A stretch of 64,000 nt of DNA from an uncultured bacterium (GCA_902799955.1 CADCCQ010000027.1:7240-71239), one strand, 5' to 3'. Numbered from the stretch's first letter, positions 1-15,887 are shown. Numbers and translations: made by a program. The notes: a model not told the origin generated them from the letters alone.

Positions 1-59
1 TCCCTTCCTTCCCTTTCCCAATTTTTTATGCGATTTTGGTTTATTTTTCCGCGTAATTA

Positions 60-68
60 TGGTATAAT
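60..68 (+). promoter_or_regulatory. extended -10 promoter element upstream of secA
   Basis: TGGTATAAT (TGn-TATAAT) at 60-68 in an AT-rich stretch about 75 bp before the secA ATG. Confidence 0.55.
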
Positions 69-143
69 ATATGGAAATGCTGTGACAATGGAAGACAGCG
101 CAACGAAAAAGGGAACACGACGCCGGGATGGCGGCCAAGCACA

Positions 144-3187
<3,044 letters not shown>

Positions 3188-3191
<4 letters not shown>

Positions 3192-3856
3192 CTACGGCCA
3201 TAATTGTCGCCGCCGGGAAGTCCCAGCGGATGGGGGCGGGGACGGACAAGGCGTTCCTGAGCCTGGTGAACAAGCCCGTTGTGGCGTGGTCGCTGCTCGC
3301 GTTCGAGCGCTGCGCCGACATCGACGCCATCGTCCTGGTCGTCCGCAAGGACCAGCTCGTCGCGTCGAAGGCGGTCGCGAGGATGTTCGGCATCTCCAAG
3401 CTGCGCGCCATCGTGCCTGGGGGCGCGAGGAGGCAGGACTCCGTCAGGGCCGGCCTCGCCGCGTGCGACCCCAACACGCGCTACGTCGTCGTGCACGACG
3501 GCGCCAGGCCGTGCGTCACGTCCGCGCTGATCTCCGATGTCGTCAAGGCCGTGTCCCGCGCGCCCGCCGTCGCGGTCGGGCGCAGGATAACGGACACGGT
3601 GAAGCGCGTCGAGAAGGGCGCCGCGGTCGCCGCCACGGAGGACCGCGAGAAGCTCTGGGTCGTGCAGACCCCGCAGGCCTTCCTGCTCAAGACGATCCGG
3701 GCCGCCTACGAGGCGCTCGGCAAGAGGGACGTCACCGACGACTGCCAGGCGGTGGAGCTGGCCGGCGAGCCGGTGAAGATACTCGAGTCCCGCGCGCCCA
3801 ACTTCAAGATAACGACAGTAGAGGACCTTCAGCTGGCAGGAGCACTGCTCAAGTGA
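3188..3856 (+). CDS. ispD: 2-C-methyl-D-erythritol 4-phosphate cytidylyltransferase
   Basis: ATGA overlap with the secA stop; MTTAIIVAAGKSQRMG, GGARRQDSV, VHDGARP, QTPQAF, NFKITTVEDL; it is the 3' part of track ORF 365..3856. Confidence 0.95.
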
Positions 3857-3857
3857 G

Positions 3858-6834
<2,977 letters not shown>

Positions 6835-6875
6835 ACGGCATGCCCATCACGAAAACAACGCAACCAGGTGAAAAG

Positions 6876-8144
6876 ATGAAATTCTTCGAAGAGCTGAAGG
6901 CCAGGGGCCTCGTCGAGGCGGTGACGGACCCGGAGATCGAGAAGGCGGTCGAGAGCCCCATGACCGTGTACTGCGGATTCGACCCGTCAGCCCGGAGCCT
7001 CCAGGCCGGCAACCTCGTCTCCATAATGGTCCTGAAGCGGTTCCAGCAGGCTGGGCACCGCGTGATCGCCCTCGTCGGCGGCGCGACGGGCCTCATCGGC
7101 GACCCCAGCGGGAAGTCCGCCGAGCGCAACATGCTCACGGTCGAGCAGGTCGAGGAGAACAAGAGGGGCATCAGGGAGAACCTCTCTCGCATCCTCGACT
7201 TCGACGGGCCCAACGCCGCGGTCATGGTCGACAACTACGACTGGTACAAGGGCACGAGCGCGATAGAGTTCCTGCGCGACATAGCGATCAACTTCCGCGT
7301 ACCGCAGATGCTCGCGAAGGAGTCCGTCAAGAAGCGCCTCGAGGCGAGCGAGGGCGCGCTTACGTTCACGGAGTTCTCCTACCAGATCCTGCAGGGCAAC
7401 GACTTCCTCCACCTCTACGACAACTTCGGCTGCACGATGGAGGTCGGCGGCGCGGACCAGTGGGGCAACATCACGGCCGGGACCGACCTCGTGCGCAAGA
7501 TGCGCGGCAAGTCCGCCTTCGGGCTCACGTTCCCGCTCCTCCTCGATTCGTCCGGCAGGAAGTTCGGCAAGTCCGAGGGCAACGCGCTCTTCATGGACGC
7601 ATCGTTGACGAGCGTCTACGACTGGTACCAGTACTTCCTCAGGTCCGCCGACGCAGACGTAATCCGCTACCTGAAGGTCTTCTCCCTGCGTCCGCTCGAC
7701 GAGATCGCGGCGCTCGAGGAGGCGACCAGGGCGCATCCCGAGGAGCGCGCCGCGCAGAAGGCGCTCGCCGAGGAGCTGACGCGGCTCGTCCACGGCGAGG
7801 CGGGCCTCGCGACCGCGCAGGGCGCGACGAAGACGCTCTTCGGCGGCGACGTCGCCGGGAAGTCCGCGGCCGAGCTCGAGGAGATATTCAGGGACGTCAA
7901 GAGCGCCGAGGTCTCGGCGGCCGAGGTCGTCGGCAGGCCGGTCTACGCCGTCGCCGCCGCGGCCGGCATGTTCAAGTCGAACGGCGAGGCGCGCCGGATG
8001 GCCGCCCAGGGCGGGCTCTACGTCAACGGCGAGAAGGCCGACGACAAGCGCGTGTTCGCCGACTCCGACCTCATCGACGGGCGCATCGCCGTCCTCCGCC
8101 AGGGCCGCAAGGCGAACTTCCTCCTGAAGGCGTCGCGGGGATAG
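6876..8144 (+). CDS. tyrS: tyrosine--tRNA ligase
   Basis: YCGFDPSA, GGATGLIGDPSGK, FSYQILQGND, GGADQWGNI, KFGKS, C-terminal S4-like domain; start at ATG 6876 (track starts at 6840). Confidence 0.96.
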   Translation: MKFFEELKARGLVEAVTDPEIEKAVESPMTVYCGFDPSARSLQAGNLVSIMVLKRFQQAGHRVIALVGGATGLIGDPSGKSAERNMLTVEQVEENKRGIRENLSRILDFDGPNAAVMVDNYDWYKGTSAIEFLRDIAINFRVPQMLAKESVKKRLEASEGALTFTEFSYQILQGNDFLHLYDNFGCTMEVGGADQWGNITAGTDLVRKMRGKSAFGLTFPLLLDSSGRKFGKSEGNALFMDASLTSVYDWYQYFLRSADADVIRYLKVFSLRPLDEIAALEEATRAHPEERAAQKALAEELTRLVHGEAGLATAQGATKTLFGGDVAGKSAAELEEIFRDVKSAEVSAAEVVGRPVYAVAAAAGMFKSNGEARRMAAQGGLYVNGEKADDKRVFADSDLIDGRIAVLRQGRKANFLLKASRG

Positions 8145-8183
8145 CCCCGCGGGCGCTGACACCAACCAACCGCACACGAAGTC

Positions 8184-9275
8184 GTGAAGGCAATCGAGAG
8201 ATACGTTTTCAGTTCGCTCCTGTCGAGCTTCCTGCTCGCGTTCCTCGTGCTCAGCTTCGTGCTGACGATCGGGCTGCTCGTCCAGATCGTCGGCTACATC
8301 ATCGACGGCATATTCCCGGCCCTCGTCGGGCGCTTCGCGGCGGTCAGCTTCCCGGAGACGCTCCAGTGGACGATCCCGCTCGCGCTGCTCGTCTCGAGCG
8401 TCCTCGTGTTCTCCCGCCTATCCGCCGACGGCGAGATCGCCGCGATGCGCGCCTGCGGCATCAACCTGCTCTCCGTCATGAAGTGGCCCGTCCTCTTCGC
8501 CCTCGCCTGCTCCGCCGTCGGCGCGTGGATCAACAACGAGATCGTCCCGAGGGGTCACGAGGTCAGGCGTACCCTCGCCTCCAGGCTCTCGGTCGGCGAC
8601 GCCGTGGACCTGATCGAGCCGGGGCGCAAGGTGACGGACTTCCCCAACATCACGCTCTACGTCGCGCGCAAGGAGGGCCGCTGGCTCTACGACGTCACCG
8701 CGACCGACACCTCCGAGACGAACGTCGTCAGGACCATCCACGCCGAGAAGGCGCGCGCCGTCGGCACGGGGCGCGACATGGCGCTCGACCTCTACAACGT
8801 CACGGTCGACCCCGTGTACAAGGACAAGGGCGGAGTGGCCAGCGGACGCTACGTACACTATCCGCTCAAGACCAAGGAGTCCCAGTACACCAAGAAGGGC
8901 AAGGACCTCAGGTTCTTCGAGCTGCTCGCCAAGATCCGCGAGGAGTCGGCGGACATAAAGAGCGGCGCGGACAGCCGCAAGGCGGCGAAGAAGGGGCTGT
9001 CGAAGTACAAGGTCGAGCTGTCCAAGCGCTTCGTGTTCGCCATGGCGTCCGTCTGCTTCGTCCTCGTCGGCATACCGCTTGGAATCCGCGCGCAGCGCCG
9101 CGAGTCCACGATAGGCATGGCGATCTCCCTCGCCATCGCGATCGGCTACTACCTCTTCACGATGCTGATGATAAGCATGCAGAAGGCGTACCAGCTCCAT
9201 CCGGAGTTCCTTATATGGGCCCCGGTGGCGGCGTGCCTGATGCTGTCGGTCTGGTTCGTGAGGCGGAATCTCTAG
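8184..9275 (+). CDS. LptF/LptG family LPS export permease
   Basis: three N-terminal TM helices, RLSADGEIAAMRACGI motif, periplasmic domain, three C-terminal TM helices; GTG start. Confidence 0.85.
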   Translation: MKAIERYVFSSLLSSFLLAFLVLSFVLTIGLLVQIVGYIIDGIFPALVGRFAAVSFPETLQWTIPLALLVSSVLVFSRLSADGEIAAMRACGINLLSVMKWPVLFALACSAVGAWINNEIVPRGHEVRRTLASRLSVGDAVDLIEPGRKVTDFPNITLYVARKEGRWLYDVTATDTSETNVVRTIHAEKARAVGTGRDMALDLYNVTVDPVYKDKGGVASGRYVHYPLKTKESQYTKKGKDLRFFELLAKIREESADIKSGADSRKAAKKGLSKYKVELSKRFVFAMASVCFVLVGIPLGIRAQRRESTIGMAISLAIAIGYYLFTMLMISMQKAYQLHPEFLIWAPVAACLMLSVWFVRRNL

Positions 9276-9283
9276 AACAGAAT

Positions 9284-9305
9284 GGCGGCCCGCCGGCGGG
9301 CCGCC
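9284..9305. repeat. perfect 22-bp GC-rich palindrome
   Basis: GGCGGCCCGCC|GGCGGGCCGCC between lptF and lpxA; no U-tract follows. Confidence 0.6.
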
Positions 9306-9325
9306 GCATGGAAAGGAAGAACGTC

Positions 9326-10105
9326 ATGGCAAAGATCCATCAAACGGCAATCGTCGAGGACGGCGCGAGGCTGGGCGCGGACGTCGAGGTCGGCCCGTAT
9401 GCGCACGTCGGCGCGGACGTCGTGATCGGCGACGGCGTGAAGATCGCCCAGGGCGCGATCATCGACGGGCACACGACCATCGGCGAATCATGCCAGATAT
9501 TCCCATACGCGCTGATCGGGATGAAGACGCAGGACCTCAAGTACAAGGAGGGCTCCGTCAGCTACGTCGAGATCGGCCCGCGCACCGTGATCCGCGAGTT
9601 CGCGACCGTCCACCTCGGCACCGCCGACGGCGAGAGGACCGTCATCGGCGCGGACTGCCTCTTCATGGCGTACTGCCACGCCGCGCACGGCTGCATCCTC
9701 GGCGACCACGTCATCTGCTCCAACTCCGTCCAGCTCGCGGGCGACGTCCACATCCAGGACTACGCCATCATCGGCGGCTGCGCGGCGTCCCACCAGTTCT
9801 GCACCGTCGGGGCCCACTCGATGGTCGGCGGGATGAGCAAGATACGCCAGGACTTCCCGCCGTACATGCTCGGCGACATGGTGGAGGGCTCCCTGAAGGT
9901 CATCGGCCCCAACGTCGTCGGCCTCACTAGGCGCGGGTTCTCGCGCGAGGTCATCCACGCCCTCAAGGAGGCCCACCGGTTCATCTACCGCGACGGACTC
10001 AACCGCACGCAGGCCCTCGACCGCGTCGAGAACGACGTCGAGCAGTTCGACGAGATAAAGCGGCTCGTCGCGTTCTACAGGAACTCGCAGCGCGGCGTCG
10101 CCTGA
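9326..10105 (+). CDS. lpxA: acyl-ACP--UDP-N-acetylglucosamine O-acyltransferase
   Basis: MAKIHQTAIVEDGA, hexapeptide repeats, QDLKY, IREFATVHLGT, LAGDVHI, HQFC, NVVGLTRRGF; GAAAGGA upstream; 3' part of track ORF 7460..10105. Confidence 0.95.
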   Translation: MAKIHQTAIVEDGARLGADVEVGPYAHVGADVVIGDGVKIAQGAIIDGHTTIGESCQIFPYALIGMKTQDLKYKEGSVSYVEIGPRTVIREFATVHLGTADGERTVIGADCLFMAYCHAAHGCILGDHVICSNSVQLAGDVHIQDYAIIGGCAASHQFCTVGAHSMVGGMSKIRQDFPPYMLGDMVEGSLKVIGPNVVGLTRRGFSREVIHALKEAHRFIYRDGLNRTQALDRVENDVEQFDEIKRLVAFYRNSQRGVA

Positions 10106-10121
10106 CGAAGGGAGGCGGGAC

Positions 10122-10742
10122 ATGGCGCGTAAGATCGACCACGAGGAGCGCAAGAACAGGATCGTCTCGGAGAGCCTGAGGCTCTTCGGGCAGCTGGGCT
10201 ACGACGCCGTGAACTTCGGCATGATCGCCGACGCCTGCAAGATCTCCCGGACGCTGCTCTACGCGTATTTCAAGGACAAGCGCGCCATCTTCAACGAGGC
10301 CATCGACAAGGCCACGTCGCGTATCGAGGCCAAGTACTCTGAAATCGTCCATTCGCGCCATTCTGCGGACGCCAAGCTCCGCCAGATCTGCATAACCGTG
10401 CTCTCCATCCTCTTCGACTACCGCGACTTCGTCTGCGTCATCTCCGACTACCTCGGCCGGCTCAGACGGCTTGGCGAGACGCCCATCACGTACATAAAAC
10501 GCCACACGATCGGCCTGAAGCGCATCATGCACTCGCTGATAATAGAGGCGAAGAGGCGCGGCGAGTACGATCCATCCATAAACCCTACCAGGGCGATCGC
10601 GCTTCTCTATTCGCAGTTCGAGGCGACGGCCGTGCGCATCACCACGACCGGCGGCGCGGACCTCTCGGAGGCCGTCGACCGCACGAACGCGATCCTCGCC
10701 GTGATGCGAGCCCCGGACGCCCCGGCGCGACTCTTCAACTGA
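10122..10742 (+). CDS. TetR/AcrR family transcriptional regulator
   Basis: N-terminal HTH: LFGQLGYDAVNFGMIADACKISRTLLYAYFKDKRAI; GGAGG RBS. Confidence 0.9.
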   Translation: MARKIDHEERKNRIVSESLRLFGQLGYDAVNFGMIADACKISRTLLYAYFKDKRAIFNEAIDKATSRIEAKYSEIVHSRHSADAKLRQICITVLSILFDYRDFVCVISDYLGRLRRLGETPITYIKRHTIGLKRIMHSLIIEAKRRGEYDPSINPTRAIALLYSQFEATAVRITTTGGADLSEAVDRTNAILAVMRAPDAPARLFN

Positions 10743-10752
10743 CGGTTCCGCA

Positions 10753-10857
10753 GGGACAGTCCCCACAGCCCCCGGGGGAACTTCTGCGGGGAGTGTCCCC
10801 ACAAAAGTGCCCGCAGCCCCCAGGGGAACTTCTGCGGGGAGTGTCCCCACAAAAGTG
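10753..10857. repeat. 48-bp tandem duplication carrying GGGGAGTGTCCCC palindromes
   Basis: 10766-10809 and 10814-10857 differ at one base; preceded by GGGACAGTCCC. Confidence 0.85.
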
Positions 10858-10872
10858 TAATTGAGGCAAGGC

Positions 10873-12003
10873 ATGAAACTTATGAAAAACAGCGATACAA
10901 GCACGGAAAGAATCGTATTTCTCGACTATCTCAGGTTCATCGCCTGCTTCATGGTCATGACGATACACGCCTGCGAGCCGTTCTACCTTGGCGGGACGGA
11001 GCCCAACGTGACAAGCATCGCGAGCGTCTGGGACATGCTCTGGATCACCATCACCGAATGCGTATGCCGAGTGTGCGTGCCGCTGTTTGTGATAGCGTCG
11101 TCCTACCTGCTCTTCCCGGTGAACAGGCCGACGGGGGAGTTCTTCAGGAGGAGGCTTGCGAGAGTCGCGGTTCCGTTCCTGGTCTGGTCCGCGCTTTACG
11201 TCGCCTTTTCGCGCCATGGCCTGGGCGCGTGGGGCCGGATGCTCTTCAACTTCCCGGACGAGGGCGGGCATCTCTGGTTCGTGCCCATGCTCCTCGGGCT
11301 CTACATCCTGATGCCGCTGCTTTCGCCGTGGGCCGAGAGGGTCGGCGAGAGGGAGCTTCGCGGATGGATCGTCCTGTGGCTCGCGACTACGCTTTTCCCG
11401 TTCCTCAGGCAGATATGGGGTGTCCTCTTCGGAGATCCGTCGTTCGGCGCGGTGCCGTATCTCTACGGCGAGTGCCCGTGGAACGGCTTCGGGGCGTTCC
11501 ACTACGTCAGCGGATTCATAGGCTACATGCTGATCGGCCTCTGGTTCCGCAAGTTCGCGCCGCGCCTTGACCGGGGCGGGACGCTGAAGGTCGCCATCCC
11601 GCTGTGGATCGCTGGCGTCGCGATAATAGGAGTTCCGTTCTTCCTCCGCGTCAGGCAGTTCCCGTTTGCCGCGCCGTACTCGTTCGCCGTCGTGATGGAG
11701 ACGAGCATAGAGTACTGCTCGCTCGGCGTCGCGCTGGCCACGGTCGCGGCGTTCATGGTCCTTCGCAGGCTCGAGTTCGGCGGATGGCTGTACAAGTGGG
11801 TCGTCGGGCCGGTGGCGAAGGCGTCTTTCGGGATGTACCTCATGCACATGTTCATCCTGAACGAGGTGTTCGCCGCGTTGAGCCCCCGCCTCCCGACGCC
11901 GCTGACGATCGTCCTGACAGCGGTCGCGACGTTTTCGCTCTCCGCGGTCGCCGCGCTCGTCCTTCGCCGCGTTCCGTTCGTCGGCAGGTGGCTCTGCGGC
12001 TGA
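10873..12003 (+). CDS. acyltransferase-3 family membrane O-acyltransferase
   Basis: RIVFLDYLRFIACFMVMTIH, VPLFVIASSYLL, FFRRRLARVAVPF, HLWFV, SFGMYLMH; alternative start 10882. Confidence 0.88.
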   Translation: MKLMKNSDTSTERIVFLDYLRFIACFMVMTIHACEPFYLGGTEPNVTSIASVWDMLWITITECVCRVCVPLFVIASSYLLFPVNRPTGEFFRRRLARVAVPFLVWSALYVAFSRHGLGAWGRMLFNFPDEGGHLWFVPMLLGLYILMPLLSPWAERVGERELRGWIVLWLATTLFPFLRQIWGVLFGDPSFGAVPYLYGECPWNGFGAFHYVSGFIGYMLIGLWFRKFAPRLDRGGTLKVAIPLWIAGVAIIGVPFFLRVRQFPFAAPYSFAVVMETSIEYCSLGVALATVAAFMVLRRLEFGGWLYKWVVGPVAKASFGMYLMHMFILNEVFAALSPRLPTPLTIVLTAVATFSLSAVAALVLRRVPFVGRWLCG

Positions 12004-12004
12004 C

Positions 12005-13396
12005 TCAGATCTTCCAGCCGTAGAGGATGCGGCATACCTCGGAGACGAGGATCGCCAGCACCAGAAGCGGCGCGATGAACTTGACCATCACCGCGTAGAA
12101 CGTCTTGAACCAGACTGAGCTGCCGTCGCGGCGGCACTCCGCAAGTATGCGCTTCGGGCGCAGGACCCATCCCGCGAAGACGCAGATGAGCGCGGCGACG
12201 ATCGGCGTGAGGACGTTCATCGAGTTGTCGAAGAAGTCGAGCGCCGGGAGGCCGCACGGCTTGAAGCCCGACCAGCGCCCGTATCCAAACGCGGAGAGCG
12301 AGCCGAGCGCGACGGACCACGCGCATACCGCCGCGACCGACGCGTTCCTCCTGACGTGGAGGAAGTCGCATACCGCCGCCACGCACGCCTCGGTCATCGA
12401 GATCGCGCTCGTGAGCGCGGCGAACAGCACGAGCGTGAAGAACGCAAGCCCGATCCACGCGCCCGTCGCGCCGAACTCAGCGAACACCTTCGGGAGCGTG
12501 ACGAACATGAGGCCCGGCCCGGCGTCGACGGCGGCGCGGCCCGCGCCCGACTTCGCGGCGAACATCATCACGAACGGTATGATCATGAAGCCGGAGAGCA
12601 CCGCGACGAAGGTGTCCGCCGCCACTATCCTCACCGCCGCCTTTGGCACGGAGTCCCTCCTGCGCATGTAGCTGCCGTACGTTATCATTATCCCCATCGC
12701 GAGCGAGAGCGAGTAGAACATCTGCCCCATCGCGCCGAGCACCACCTTGCCGATGTTGTCGCACGACGAGAAGTCCGGCACCAGGTAGAACTTGATGCCC
12801 TCGCCCGCGCCGGGGAGGCAGGCGACGTACACCGCGAGTCCGACGGCCATCAGGAGCAGCAGCGGCATCATCACGATGTTCGACTTCTCGATCCCGTTCT
12901 TGACGCCCATCACGATCACGGCGCACGTCACGACGGTGAACACGACCATGCAGACGAACGGGTCCCACGGCGCGGTCACGAACGAGTTGAAGAACGTCTG
13001 CGGGTTTTCTATGGACGAGCCGCCGCCCGCGGCGAGCTTGAGGTAGGCGACGAAGTACTTGACGACCCATCCGCCGATGACGTTGTAGTACGGGAGGATG
13101 AAGAGCGGGACGACCGTCGCCAGGATGCCGAGGAAGTTCCATTTCGGGTGCCCGAGTTTGTTGAACGCGGTGAGCTGGCTCTGCCGAGAGTAGCGCCCGA
13201 TCGCGATCTCCGTCACCAGCAGCGTGAAGCCGAGCGTGAGGGAAAGGGCGAGGTAGACGGCGATGAACACGCCGCCGCCGTACTTCGCCGCCAGGTACGG
13301 GAACCTCCACAGGTTCCCGAGGCCGATCGCGGACGCCGCCGCCGCCAGAACAAACGCGAGCTGTCCCGACCAGCTCGCCCTGTCGCCCTTGTGCAT
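12005..13396 (-). CDS. sodium-dependent transporter (NSS/SNF family)
   Basis: SAIGLGNLWRFPY, GGGVF, QMFYSLSLAMGIMITYGSY, GPGLMFVTLP; multiple TM helices. Confidence 0.93.
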   Translation of the reverse strand: MHKGDRASWSGQLAFVLAAAASAIGLGNLWRFPYLAAKYGGGVFIAVYLALSLTLGFTLLVTEIAIGRYSRQSQLTAFNKLGHPKWNFLGILATVVPLFILPYYNVIGGWVVKYFVAYLKLAAGGGSSIENPQTFFNSFVTAPWDPFVCMVVFTVVTCAVIVMGVKNGIEKSNIVMMPLLLLMAVGLAVYVACLPGAGEGIKFYLVPDFSSCDNIGKVVLGAMGQMFYSLSLAMGIMITYGSYMRRRDSVPKAAVRIVAADTFVAVLSGFMIIPFVMMFAAKSGAGRAAVDAGPGLMFVTLPKVFAEFGATGAWIGLAFFTLVLFAALTSAISMTEACVAAVCDFLHVRRNASVAAVCAWSVALGSLSAFGYGRWSGFKPCGLPALDFFDNSMNVLTPIVAALICVFAGWVLRPKRILAECRRDGSSVWFKTFYAVMVKFIAPLLVLAILVSEVCRILYGWKI

Positions 13397-13440
13397 TCCC
13401 CGTCACTCTCCTTTCGTTGCCTGTTCGCACATGACTATTG

Positions 13441-13526
13441 AGTATACCACAACAAAACAACGTTGCCGCGGCCTCCGCGAATCTAGCATCTTCGTCAGAA
13501 TAAACACTTGCGAATATTTTACCACA
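13441..13526 (-). repeat. 75-bp promoter-bearing repeat unit (copy upstream of the NSS transporter)
   Basis: minus strand TGTGGTAAAATATTCGCAAGTG..CTGACGAAGATGC..TTTTGTTGTGGTATACT; TGTGG recurs at 75-bp spacing. Confidence 0.75.
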
Positions 13527-13637
13527 TGCCCCGCCGTCGCGCAAGTCCCAATCTCCATTATTCGGTTTTGCGGGTGCATCTCCATTTTTCACCCATGCGT
13601 TTTGAGATTGAAAACAACCAGAACAACTTTTTCTTCT

Positions 13638-13757
13638 CGTCGCGCAACTGCGCGGCGTTCTTAAGCCGGCTGGCTGTTGCCCGCCGTGAAATGAAGTTGT
13701 TTCAAATAGTTGTTTCCAATCAACAGAAGACGAGGCGGTGAATTATAGAGATGCGCC
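13638..13757 (-). repeat. ~120-bp two-hairpin dispersed element, copy 1
   Basis: reverse complement aligns by eye with 26025-26145: TATAAT, two GAAACAACT, two GC-rich hairpins. Confidence 0.8.
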
Positions 13758-13838
13758 ATGGTTTTGCCGACCTGCACATTTGCGTTCCTATGCACGGAAA
13801 TGAAGACAACAGCCTTTTGTTGTGATATAATATTCGCC

Positions 13839-14198
13839 ATGGGAGTAGACAGACTAGAAAGAGTGAACTCGCTTCTGAAGCGCGTGATCGCGGAGGCGAT
13901 GTTCTCGGTGATGCAGGGCGACTCGGTCGCCCCGGGGCTTTTCACCGTCACGGGCGTGAGGTGCGGGAAGGACCTCCGGGACGCCACGGTGTACGTCTCG
14001 GTGTTCGGCGACGACGCCCTGAAGGAGACGGGCATAAGGCATCTTGCGCACAACGCCAGGCGTTTCCAGCAGATCATAAACAGGGAGGTCCGGCTCAAGT
14101 TCACGCCGAAGCTCCTGTTCAAGCTCGACAGGTCGCTCGAGGCCGGGGATTCCGTCCTGGCCATCCTCGACAAGCTGCCGGCGCCGGCGGAGGGCTGA
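13839..14198 (+). CDS. rbfA: 30S ribosome-binding factor RbfA
   Basis: RLERVNSLLKRVIA, VTGVRCGKDLRDATVYVS, LKFTPKLLFKLDRSLE; start 13839 lies 7 nt after TATAAT. Confidence 0.93.
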   Translation: MGVDRLERVNSLLKRVIAEAMFSVMQGDSVAPGLFTVTGVRCGKDLRDATVYVSVFGDDALKETGIRHLAHNARRFQQIINREVRLKFTPKLLFKLDRSLEAGDSVLAILDKLPAPAEG

Positions 14199-14201
14199 CA
14201 A

Positions 14202-14948
14202 ATGGCGAATCTTGTTCAGCTCAAGGTGCTGGAGGAGCTCGACGGCGTTCTCCTGGTGGACAAGCCGGCGGGGATTGCGTTCACAACCGTTGTCAAGGCC
14301 GTCAAGCGCAGGTTCAATCTCGTGAAGGTGGGGCACGGAGGCTCGCTGGACGCCATGGCGTCCGGCCTCTTCGTCCTGCTCATAAACGACGCCAACCGCC
14401 AGGTGGGCGACGTGATGGGCGCGGACAGGTCGTACACCGGGACGATGAGGCTCGGCCTTGCGACGAACACCCACGACGTGCACGGCGAGCCCGTCGGTAC
14501 GCCGTTCCCCGTCGCCGCCTCCGCCGTCACGCCGGAGGCGGTGTCCGCCGCGCTCGCGGAGTTCAGGGGCGACGTTTTCCAGACGGAGAGCCGCTGGTGT
14601 TCCATCCGCCGCGAAGGGGCCGCCGACTACGAAGTCGCCGACACGGGCGAGCACAAGCCGTTTCTCGCGCACGTCTACAGGTTCGACGTCGGGGAGGAGC
14701 GCGAGGCGAGGCCCGACGGCACCGTCAGGGTCCCGTTCGCGCTTTCCGCGACGAAGGGCGTCATTCCCCGGACGCTCGTCAACGACTTCGGCGCGGCGCT
14801 TCGCTGCGGCGCGGCGCTCGAGGGCCTGAGGCGCGTCAAGGTGGGGCGATTCTCAGTCGACGACGCGGTCGCGTTCGACGCGGTGCTCGCGACGGAACCC
14901 GTCGACTTCCCGGCGCTTGTGAAGCCGCTTTCCAGGGCGTTCCTGTGA
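14202..14948 (+). CDS. truB: tRNA pseudouridine(55) synthase TruB, divergent
   Basis: GVLLVDKPAG, KVGHGGSLD, LGLATNTHD, LRRVKVG; rbfA-truB-ribF synteny. Confidence 0.82.
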   Translation: MANLVQLKVLEELDGVLLVDKPAGIAFTTVVKAVKRRFNLVKVGHGGSLDAMASGLFVLLINDANRQVGDVMGADRSYTGTMRLGLATNTHDVHGEPVGTPFPVAASAVTPEAVSAALAEFRGDVFQTESRWCSIRREGAADYEVADTGEHKPFLAHVYRFDVGEEREARPDGTVRVPFALSATKGVIPRTLVNDFGAALRCGAALEGLRRVKVGRFSVDDAVAFDAVLATEPVDFPALVKPLSRAFL

Positions 14949-15799
14949 TGCGGGGTGTCGTTGCCGCTGGGTTCTTCGACGGTGTCCATCTCGGCCACCG
15001 CGGGATACTCGATGGCGCGGACTGCGCCCTGACGTTCCGGAACCATCCCATCGCCGTCCTGCACCCCGACCTCGCGCCGCCGCTTCTGATGTCGTACGAG
15101 GAGCGCGAGGCCGCGATCCGCTCGTGCGGCGTGAAGGAGGTCGTCGCGCTGGATTTCACCCCGGCACTCGCCGCCACTTCAGCTGAGGAGTTCGCCCGGA
15201 AATGGCTTGCCGACGCCGCCACCGTGAGATGCGGCGGGAACTGGCGCTTCGGCGCGGGCGGACGCGGCGACGCGAATCTTCTTCGGGCCATGGGCGTGCA
15301 CGTCGAGGTCGCCCCGTATTCCATGTTCGGCGGCTCGCGCATTTCGTCCACGCGGATCCGCGAGGCGATCGCGGAAGGGGACATGCCGCTTGCCGCAGGC
15401 ATGCTCGGTCGCCCCTGGACAGTCACGGGCGAGGTGTTCCCCGGCAAGGGGCTTGGGCGCGGCCTCGGCTTCCCGACGCTGAACATACGACCCGACGCGG
15501 CGCTGCAGCGTCCGCCGCGCGGTGTCTACGAAGTCGAGATGTGCTCCCGCCGCGCCGTCGCGAACTGGGGCGTCGCGCCGACGATGGGCGGCGACGCTTG
15601 GCGCGAGGGCGTCCTGGAGGTCCACTTCGACGGGGCGCCGCCGTCGGACGCCCCGGCGCCTGGCGGCCGCGCGAAGGTCGCGATTCTGCGCTTCATCAGG
15701 CCCGAGCGCCGCTTTGATTCTGTCGACGAGCTGAAGGCCGCGATGGCGGCGGACTGCGCGGCGGTGTTCGGCATTATGACGAATTGCGGAAGGCCTTGA
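14948..15799 (+). CDS. ribF: bifunctional riboflavin kinase/FAD synthetase
   Basis: TGATG overlap; GFFDGVHLGH, ISSTRIR, GRGLGFPTLNI, LEVH, RFIRPERRF; 3' part of track ORF 13961..15799. Confidence 0.93.
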   Translation: MRGVVAAGFFDGVHLGHRGILDGADCALTFRNHPIAVLHPDLAPPLLMSYEEREAAIRSCGVKEVVALDFTPALAATSAEEFARKWLADAATVRCGGNWRFGAGGRGDANLLRAMGVHVEVAPYSMFGGSRISSTRIREAIAEGDMPLAAGMLGRPWTVTGEVFPGKGLGRGLGFPTLNIRPDAALQRPPRGVYEVEMCSRRAVANWGVAPTMGGDAWREGVLEVHFDGAPPSDAPAPGGRAKVAILRFIRPERRFDSVDELKAAMAADCAAVFGIMTNCGRP

Positions 15800-15814
15800 A
15801 AAAGGCAAAACCCA

Positions 15815-15844
15815 TTGACAACTGACACTGGATTATGCTATAAT
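15815..15844 (+). promoter_or_regulatory. consensus sigma70-type promoter
   Basis: TTGACA (15815-20), 18 bp, TATAAT (15839-44) with TGn extension. Confidence 0.75.
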
Positions 15845-15887
15845 AAACGAAATCTTCAATGAAATAGTGAAATAGAAAGGCCATGAC

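Noticed and set aside
9284-9305. Intrinsic terminator
   Set aside because: No U-tract, and it lies inside an apparent operon; kept only as a palindrome
10101-10115. CCTGACGAAGGG at the lpxA stop matching the 75-bp unit core
   Set aside because: Only about 12 bp match, overlapping a stop codon and RBS, with no flanking similarity
10753-10857. Possible CRISPR array (also considered for the 75-bp, 96-bp and CTAG repeats)
   Set aside because: No unique spacers of consistent length between identical repeats, and no cas genes
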